Source of the DNA: a virus
Taxonomy: Duplodnaviria; Caudoviricetes
Virus record (IMG/VR): IMGVR_UViG_3300049042_000281
Span: 1 to 28,000 of that record
DNA length: 28,000 nt
Strand: one strand, 5' to 3'
The first letter of the stretch is position 1; every line of letters starts with the position of its first letter. Shown here in pieces: positions 24,863 to 28,000 of the stretch. The notes under the pieces are model-generated. The model had not been told where the DNA came from and ran no database searches. It saw only the letters and a program-made list of their open reading frames with translations. Both the position numbers and the translations under genes were made by a program.

Positions 24863-26133
24863 TGAGCCAGTTCCGGTTTGGAAACCTTCCGTCCCCGTCG
24901 CAGGACCCGCTGTCCTCGCTGGTGACTCCGACTCCCCGCAACCAGGGTCGGCCTGGTGGCACCCCCACTGGTCAGCGTCCTCCCGAGGCGCCACGCCCGA
25001 TGAACCCGTTGCAGGGTCGCCCGGGAGCCTCTTCGTTCCAGACGACGGCGCCGAGTTCGTTCAACCGTCGCGGCATTGTCCCCATGGGGCAGGTTCCGAC
25101 CCCCCGTGGGCAGCAGCCGAATCAGATGCAGTACATGGGCAACACGGTGTCGCAGGGTTCCCAGCCTTCATTCACCCCGGGCGCCGGCATGGTTCCTATG
25201 GGTCTTCCGGCTGGCAACATCGGGCAGCAGTTCATCAACTGGGATCAGGCGCTGGCGAACGCGATGGGCATGGACATCGCGAACCAGCAGGGCGCCATGA
25301 ACCAGCAGTACGGCCAGATGCAGGGCCAGATCGGGCAGTACGAGCAGGCTCTCCAGCAGGGCCTCGGAACCCTGCAATCAGTGGGGGTGCAACAGCAGCA
25401 GGCGCTCCAGGGCATTGCGGGCGGGCTCGAGCAGAAGGGCCAGCAGGGCTACCAGGAGTTCAAGGACTTCCGCGACCAGCAGATGGGCGCGGTCGGACAG
25501 GACATCACGAAGGCCAATCAGTTCGCGGCACAGGCCACGCAGAACTACCAGCAGGCCATCGCGGACTTCAAGGACACCAGCGCCCAGGATGCGGCGAACG
25601 CGGCGTTCGGTATGCGGAGGAACGCGCAGGAGCAGATGGCGCAGATCGACATGCTCGATGCGTCGCCGGCGGAGAAGGCTGCGCTGAAGCAGACCATGAT
25701 GGCGGACGTAGGTAGCCAGGTCACGCAGACCGTGACCGGGATCTACAGCAACATGAACCAGACCGTGGCGTCGATGCAGGGCAACCTGTCGAGCCTGATG
25801 GGTGCGCAGTCGCAGACGGCGATGGCCGGCGGTCAGTTGCGGGGCCAGGTTGGTACGGCGTTCGGAGCGCAGACGCTGCAGGCCCAGCAGATGAACCAGC
25901 AGATGAGCGAGCTCGGTGCGAACCTGCGGGTGATGGGAGAGCAGGCGCTTGCGAGCGCGATGCAGCAGTCGGTGATGCTGGAGCTGCAGGGCCGTCAGAC
26001 GGTGGCCCAGATGATCCAGGAGAACCCGCGACAGTTCGTCAGCATGTTCGCAGGCATGACCGGGTTCCTGGCTGCGGCCACGACGCCGGGCATCGGACAG
26101 ATCAGTGTGCCTAACTTCGGAGCCATCGGATGA
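24862..26133 (+). CDS. Putative internal virion/ejection protein (Gln/Met/Gly-rich)
   Basis: Follows the nozzle; Pro-rich N-terminus, Q/M/A-rich helical body, hydrophobic C-terminal FVSMFAGMTGFLAAA. Confidence 0.6.
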   Translation: MSQFRFGNLPSPSQDPLSSLVTPTPRNQGRPGGTPTGQRPPEAPRPMNPLQGRPGASSFQTTAPSSFNRRGIVPMGQVPTPRGQQPNQMQYMGNTVSQGSQPSFTPGAGMVPMGLPAGNIGQQFINWDQALANAMGMDIANQQGAMNQQYGQMQGQIGQYEQALQQGLGTLQSVGVQQQQALQGIAGGLEQKGQQGYQEFKDFRDQQMGAVGQDITKANQFAAQATQNYQQAIADFKDTSAQDAANAAFGMRRNAQEQMAQIDMLDASPAEKAALKQTMMADVGSQVTQTVTGIYSNMNQTVASMQGNLSSLMGAQSQTAMAGGQLRGQVGTAFGAQTLQAQQMNQQMSELGANLRVMGEQALASAMQQSVMLELQGRQTVAQMIQENPRQFVSMFAGMTGFLAAATTPGIGQISVPNFGAIG

Positions 26134-27788
26134 GCCGGATCCCATCGAACACGGAACAGTTCCTGAGCGGCATTGCGGCTGGTACGCAGGCGTCTGGTCA
26201 GGCTGCGCAGAACTTCCAGATCGCGGAGCAGGCCCGGCAGGGACGGCAGCAGCTGGCGCTTCAGCAGCAGCAGCTCGGGCTTGAGCAGCAGCGGATGCAG
26301 CAGCAGGGCCAGCAGTTCGAGCGCGGTCTTGAGGCTGAGTCTGAGAATTACCGGAAGCTCAATGAGAGCCGGGAGCGCATGGCTCAGGCTGAGATGGGCC
26401 AGCAGCAGTCACAGTTTGGTCAGAAGATGGCGTTCGACCGGGAGCAGGCGAACCTTGAGCGGTTGATCGGCGTCAAGATGAAGCAGCTCGACATGGACAT
26501 GATGCGCAACGAGCAGGAGATCGCGGCGATGGCCGACGATGATCCGAGGCTTGCGGAGGCGCGGACCAAGCGTCGGAAGCTGCAGGCGGATGCGCGGAAC
26601 CTCGAGCAGATGATGGGCTCAAGCCAGGTTGCGATGCAGCTGGCGCAGGGGGTCCGTGGCGATCGGCTCGACGAGGTCGATGCGCGGCTTGATGCGTTCA
26701 AGAGCGGGCTCGATACCCGTAAGCAGATGGCGATGCAGGCCATGCAGAATGGCTTGGATTACGCGGTGCTCAATGATGCCCGCGAAGGTGGGTTCATCAA
26801 GGAGATGGCCCGCATGTCCGTGGCGGATATCCCCGGGATGCAGCAGGCAGAGGGCGGTCGTGGCTTCGGGACTACGGCGATGCAGATCCTCGGCGACAAT
26901 GTGACCAAGTTCTTCTTTGGCACGGGAGACAAGGCCTTTGCCGAGGCCAAGGCCACCGAGTTCCAGAAGAACGGATCGGCCATGGCGGTGCAGATCGTGC
27001 ACAACGCCTTTGACCTCAACGGGGACGCTTTCGGCCTTGACGCAGGAAAGAAGGCGGAGGCTGCGCAGGTGGCCGCCGACATGGTGGCCAAGGCCGCGAT
27101 CCTTGCGGGTGCCGATCCGCAGGTGCGGGCGGGCAAGGATGCCGGGCGTCAGGCTCTGAAGCAGGAGATTGCGGCGGGATTCGGAAAGCTCCGCGCTGCA
27201 GGAATGGGTGACGAGCAGATCGCGGCGATGCTTGAGGGCCTTGAGTCCGTGAGCGAGAACCGTGCCGAACTGCTGAGGACGTACGTTGAGAAGGATCCAA
27301 ACTCGAATCAGGCGGATCTCCTGAACCGAAGCCTGTCGAATGTCGGACGGATCCAGGATCTGCTTGAGAGCGTGGCTGTCGATGATGCGCTGATGCAGCC
27401 CAACCGGGGCAAGCTGGTCGATCACTCGAAGTACGACTGGACCGGAGTCACGCGGAAGGCGCGGCTTGCGTACGGCATGGGGCAGAACGAGCAGCTCGAG
27501 GGCCTGATGGGCGAGCTTCGGGCGCGAGGCATGACGGATCAGGAGCTCAACGAGGTGTCGAAGCTCCTCATCGAGAGCGACCCGAACCTGCAGTTCCTCC
27601 GGCCGGAGGAGTATGCGCAGGCGCTGCGCGGCATGGGCGCTCGTCAGATGGAGCTCGGACTTGAGGCCGAGACTGCGGGCGAGGACATCGGCAGGATCCA
27701 GGGGCAGGTGGTCGCGCGTGGGCGCCTGCAGGGATTGTCGGAGGCGGAGCGTCGTCTGGCTGAGATCGCAGGACTTGCAGGAGGCTGA
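26130..27788 (+). CDS. Putative internal virion/ejection protein (coiled-coil, 552 aa)
   Basis: ATGA-coupled; FLSGIAAG start followed by a Q/E/R-rich coiled coil; podoviral synteny. Confidence 0.6.
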   Translation: MSRIPSNTEQFLSGIAAGTQASGQAAQNFQIAEQARQGRQQLALQQQQLGLEQQRMQQQGQQFERGLEAESENYRKLNESRERMAQAEMGQQQSQFGQKMAFDREQANLERLIGVKMKQLDMDMMRNEQEIAAMADDDPRLAEARTKRRKLQADARNLEQMMGSSQVAMQLAQGVRGDRLDEVDARLDAFKSGLDTRKQMAMQAMQNGLDYAVLNDAREGGFIKEMARMSVADIPGMQQAEGGRGFGTTAMQILGDNVTKFFFGTGDKAFAEAKATEFQKNGSAMAVQIVHNAFDLNGDAFGLDAGKKAEAAQVAADMVAKAAILAGADPQVRAGKDAGRQALKQEIAAGFGKLRAAGMGDEQIAAMLEGLESVSENRAELLRTYVEKDPNSNQADLLNRSLSNVGRIQDLLESVAVDDALMQPNRGKLVDHSKYDWTGVTRKARLAYGMGQNEQLEGLMGELRARGMTDQELNEVSKLLIESDPNLQFLRPEEYAQALRGMGARQMELGLEAETAGEDIGRIQGQVVARGRLQGLSEAERRLAEIAGLAGG

Positions 27789-27790
27789 CC

Positions 27791-28000
27791 ATGGCAAAGA
27801 AGAAAATGCGAGACATGCTTCCCTCGGAACTCCGTAATCTTTCTAGCAAGGAGCTGGAGTCCCTGGCTCGAACTCCTAAGAAGGCAGAGTTTGAGATGCC
27901 TACCCGGGAAGAAGTGGCTGAAGTTCGCAAGCTGGCAAATAACTTTGTCTCTGGAACAATAACCAGAGAAGAGTTCATGGCCGAGTTTGACAACTTGGAT
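27791..28000 (+). CDS. Hypothetical protein, truncated by window end (MAKKKMRDMLPSELRN...)
   Basis: GGAGG SD; open to position 28000; more A/T-rich codons. Confidence 0.7.
   Translation, partial: MAKKKMRDMLPSELRNLSSKELESLARTPKKAEFEMPTREEVAEVRKLANNFVSGTITREEFMAEFDNLD

Larger units (their letters stand above)
743..25387. repeat. Dispersed motif CAGTGGGGG (18 exact copies, both strands)
   Basis: + strand starts: 1138, 3004, 6556, 7907, 10230, 12701, 16508, 22017, 24106, 25379. - strand (CCCCCACTG) starts: 743, 3078, 5005, 10106, 11653, 17918, 21756, 24962. Confidence 0.92.

Noticed and set aside
743-25387. Reading the CAGTGGGGG repeats as a CRISPR array, REP/MITE or G-quadruplex array
   Set aside because: Copies are only 9-13 bp, kilobases apart, in both orientations and inside genes, with unrelated flanks and a single G-tract each.
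1-28000. Alternative genetic code or stop-codon readthrough
   Set aside because: Genes are full length under the standard code, and stops overlap the next start (ATGA/TGATG) as expected.
1-28000. tRNA, rRNA, integrase, lysis genes, introns or inteins
   Set aside because: None recognisable; terminase and helicase motifs are contiguous, with no obvious intein or intron insertion.

Overview
This window is a ~28 kb segment of a GC-rich tailed dsDNA phage genome with podovirus-like (P22/T7-style) gene order. The left end holds two minus-strand genes: a small hypothetical protein with an intrinsic terminator, and a D5/P4-type SF3 helicase that lacks a primase domain. A repeat-rich non-coding stretch separates them. 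From 2294 onward everything is on the + strand and tightly coupled: hypothetical and small basic proteins, winged-HTH and ribbon-helix-helix candidates, large terminase, portal, scaffold, a large major capsid protein with terminator, head-tail adaptor, a trypsin-like protease candidate, very Cys-rich proteins, a 1226-aa tail/nozzle protein with DNRLRE and Fn3-like insertions, and Q/M/A-rich ejection-type proteins. The most striking signal is not a gene. The non-palindromic 9-mer CAGTGGGGG (consensus YCAGTGGGGGT) occurs exactly 18 times, on both strands, and is written into coding sequence in five different reading frames, which points to selection at the DNA level. All protein assignments come from motif recognition and synteny; no database searches were run.
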